Below, piece by piece: positions 60,927-64,000 of a stretch of DNA of 64,000 nucleotides. Under the pieces are notes generated by a model. It saw only the letters and a program-made list of their open reading frames with translations, did no database searches and was not told the origin of the DNA. The position numbers were made by a program, and so were the translations under genes. Within the stretch, counting starts at the first letter, position 1. Each line of letters starts with the position of its first letter. This stretch comes from Dendrobates tinctorius. Lineage: Eukaryota. Location: the NCBI RefSeq assembly GCF_039654945.1, contig NW_027361731.1:25668001-25732000 (forward strand). Direction: 5' to 3'.

Positions 60927-63900
60927 ATCCATGGAGGGGTCACTCACAATGTGTGGGGGCTTCTCATCCCTGGAGGGGATCACTCACAATGTGTGGGGGC
61001 TTCTCATCCATGGAGGGCATCACTCACAATGTGCGGGGGCTTCTCATCCATGGAGGGGATCACTCACAATGTGTGGGGGCTTCTCATCCATGGAGGGGAT
61101 CACTCACAATGTGTGGGGGCTTCTCATCCTTGGAGGGGGTCACTCACAATGTGCGGGGGCTTCTCATCCATGGAGGGGATCACTCACAATGTGTGGGGGC
61201 TTCTCATCCATGGAGGGGTAACTCTCAATGTGTGGGGGATTCTCCTCCCTGGAGGGGTCACTCACAATGTGTGGGGGCTTCTCATCCATGGAGGGGTCAC
61301 TCACAATGTGCGGGGGCTTCTCATCCCTGGAGGGGTCACTCACAATGTGCGGGGGCTTCTCATCCATGGAGGGGTCACTAACAATGTGCGGGGGCTTCTC
61401 ATCCATGGAGGGGGTCACTCACAATGTGCAGGGGCTTCTCATCCATGGAGGGGGTCACTCACAATGTGTGGGGGCTTCTCATCCATGGAGGGATCACTCA
61501 CAATGTGTGGGGGCTTCTCATCCATGGAGGGGGTCACTAACAATGTGCGGGGGCTTCTCATCCATGGAGGGGGTCACTCACAATGTGCAGGGGCTTCTCA
61601 TCCATGGAGGGGGTCACTCACAATGTGTGGGGGCTTCTCATCCATGAAGGGATCACTCACAATGTGTGGGGGCTTCTCATCCATGGAGGGGATCACTCAC
61701 AATGTGCGGGGGCTTCTCATCCATGGAGGGGATCACTCACAATGTGTGGGGGCTTCTCATCCTTGGAGGGGGTCACTCACAATGTGCGGGGGCTTCTCAT
61801 CCATGGAGGGGATCACTCACAATGAGCGGGGGCTTCTCATCCATGGAGGGGGTCACTCACAATGTGCGGGGGCTTCTCATCCATAGAGGGGATCACTCAC
61901 AATGTGTGGGGGCTTCTCATCCATGGAGGGGTCACTCACAATGTGCGGGGGGCTTCTCATCCATGGAGGGGGTCACTCACAATGTGTGGGGGCTTCTCAT
62001 CCATGGAGGGGTCACTCACAATGTGCAGGGGCTTCTCATCCATGGAGGGGGTCACTCACAATGTGTGGGGGCTTCTCATCCATGAAGGGATCACTCACAA
62101 TGTGTGGGGGCTTCTCATACATGGAGGAGGGGTCACTCACAATGTGCGGGGGCTTCTCATCCATGGAGGGGTAACTCACAATGTGTGGGGGCTTCTCATC
62201 CCTGGAGGGGTCACTCACAATGTGTGGGGGCTTCTCATCCATGGAGGGGTCACTCACAATGTGCAGGGGCTTCTCAACCATGGAGGTGATCACTCACAAT
62301 GTGTGGGGGCTTCTCATCCATGGAGGGGTAACTCACAATGTGTGGGGGCTTCTCATCCCTGGAGGGGTCACTCACAATGTGTGGGTGCTTCTCATCCATG
62401 GAGGGGTCACTCACAATGTGCGGGGGCTTCTCATCCCTGGAGGGGTCTCTCACAATGTGTGGGGGCTTCTCATCCATGGAGGGGTCACTCACAATGTGCG
62501 GGGGCTTCTCATCCATGGAGGGGGTCACTCACAATGTGTGGGGGCTTCTCATCCATGAAGGGATCACTCACAATGTGTGGGGGCTTCTCATCCCTGGAGG
62601 GGTCACTCACAATGTGCTGAGGCTTCTCATCCATGGAGGGGTCACTCCCAATGTGCTGAGGCTTCTCATCCATGGAGGGGGTCACTCACAATATGTGGGG
62701 GCTTCTCATCCATGGATGGGGTCACACACAATATGTGGGGGCTTCTCATCCATGGAGGGGGTCACTCACAATATGTGGGGGCTTCTCATCCATGGAGAGA
62801 TCACTCACAATGTGTGGGCGCTTCTCAACTATGGAGGGAGGTCACTCACAATGTGTGGGGGCTTCTCATCCATGGAGGGGGGTCACTCACAATATGTGTA
62901 GTCTTCTCATCCATGGAGGGGGATCACTCAAAATGTGCGGGGGCTTCTCATCCATGGAGGGGATCACTCACAATGTGCGGGGGCTTCTCATCCATGGAGG
63001 GGGTCACTCACAATGTGCGGGGGCTTCTCATCCATGGAGAGATCACTCACAATGTGTGGGCGCTTCTCATCTATGGAAGGGGGTCACTCACAATGTGTGG
63101 GGGCTTCTCATCCATGGAGGGGTAACTCACAATGTGTGGGGGCTTCTCCTCCCTGGAGGGGTCACTCACAATGTGTGGGGGCTTCTCATCCATGGAGGGG
63201 TCACTCACAATGTGCGGGGGCTTCTCATCCCTGGAGGGGTCACTCACAATGTGCGGGGGCTTCTCATCCATGGAGGGGTCACTAACAATGTGCGGGGGGC
63301 TTCTCATCCATGGAGGGGGTCACTCACAATGTGCGGGGGCTTCTCATCCATGGAGGGGGTCACTCACAATGTGCAGGGGCTTCTCATCCATGGAGGGGGT
63401 CACTCACAATGTGTGGGGGCTTCTCATCCATGAAGGGATCACTCACAATGTGCGGGGGCTTCTCATCCATGGAGGGGATCACTCACAATGTGTGGGGGCT
63501 TCTCATCCTTGGAGGGGGTCACTCACAATGTGCGGGGGCTTCTCATCCATGGAGGGGATCACTCACAATGTGCGGGGGCTTCTCATCCATGGAGGGGGTC
63601 ACTCACAATGTGCGGGGGCTTCTCATCCATGGAGGGGATCACTCACAATGTGTGGGGGCTTCTCATCCATGGAGGGGTCACTCACAATGTGCGGGGGGCT
63701 TCTCATCCATGGAGGGGGTCACTCACAATGTGTGGGGGCTTCTCATCCATGGAGGGGTCACTCACAATGTGCAGGGGCTTCTCATCCATGGAGGGGGTCA
63801 CTCACAATGTGTGGGGGCTTCTCATCCATGAAAGGATCACTCACAATGTGTGGGGGCTTCTCATACATGGAGGAGGGGGTCACTCACAATGTGTGGGGGC

Positions 63901-64000
63901 TTCTCATCCATGGAGGGGTCACTCACAATGTGCGGGGGGCTTCTCATCCATGGAGGGGGTCACTCACAATGTGTGGGGGCTTCTCATCCATGGAGGGGTC
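60927..64000. repeat. ~40-bp minisatellite (39-42 bp, ~77 copies), runs off window end
   Basis: Unit TCCATGGAGGGG(A/G)TCACTCACAATGTG(T/C)GGGGGCTTCTCA. Confidence 0.96.

Noticed and set aside
60927-64000. EKPPHIV / HSQC repeats resembling zinc-finger linkers
   Set aside because: Unit length varies 39-42 bp with constant frameshifts, and there is no C-x2-C-x12-H-x3-H spacing.

Overview
Eukaryotic, vertebrate-type DNA. The satellite, TTAA-type MITE, Tc1 and CR1 content suggest an anuran (frog) genome (inference). Bases 1-~39,300 are one tandem satellite of 81/86-bp monomers with higher-order block duplications; all ORFs there are artefacts. The remaining ~25 kb is GC-rich and holds about ten different minisatellites, one intact full-length CR1 LINE (41744-46034, - strand, ORF1 esterase + ORF2 APE/RT) and decayed Tc1/CR1 relics. 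The main result is two tandem paralogous spliced genes on the - strand (gene B 49600-47115, gene A 59222-56925). In each, the N-terminal helix-turn-helix of a Tc1/mariner transposase is spliced in frame (all coding introns phase 1, GT-AG) through short acidic exons onto an exon with two C2H2 zinc fingers. This looks like a domesticated transposase-HTH/zinc-finger fusion family. The HTH exons differ mostly by synonymous changes, while the zinc-finger exon is identical between the paralogs. Secondary observations: a U_UUA_AAC -1 frameshift candidate linking CR1 ORF1 to ORF2, a Tc1 end sitting on a splice acceptor of gene B, a minisatellite built from a splice donor in gene A, and a third homologous promoter pointing into the satellite. 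All gene models were assembled by eye; there is no transcript evidence.
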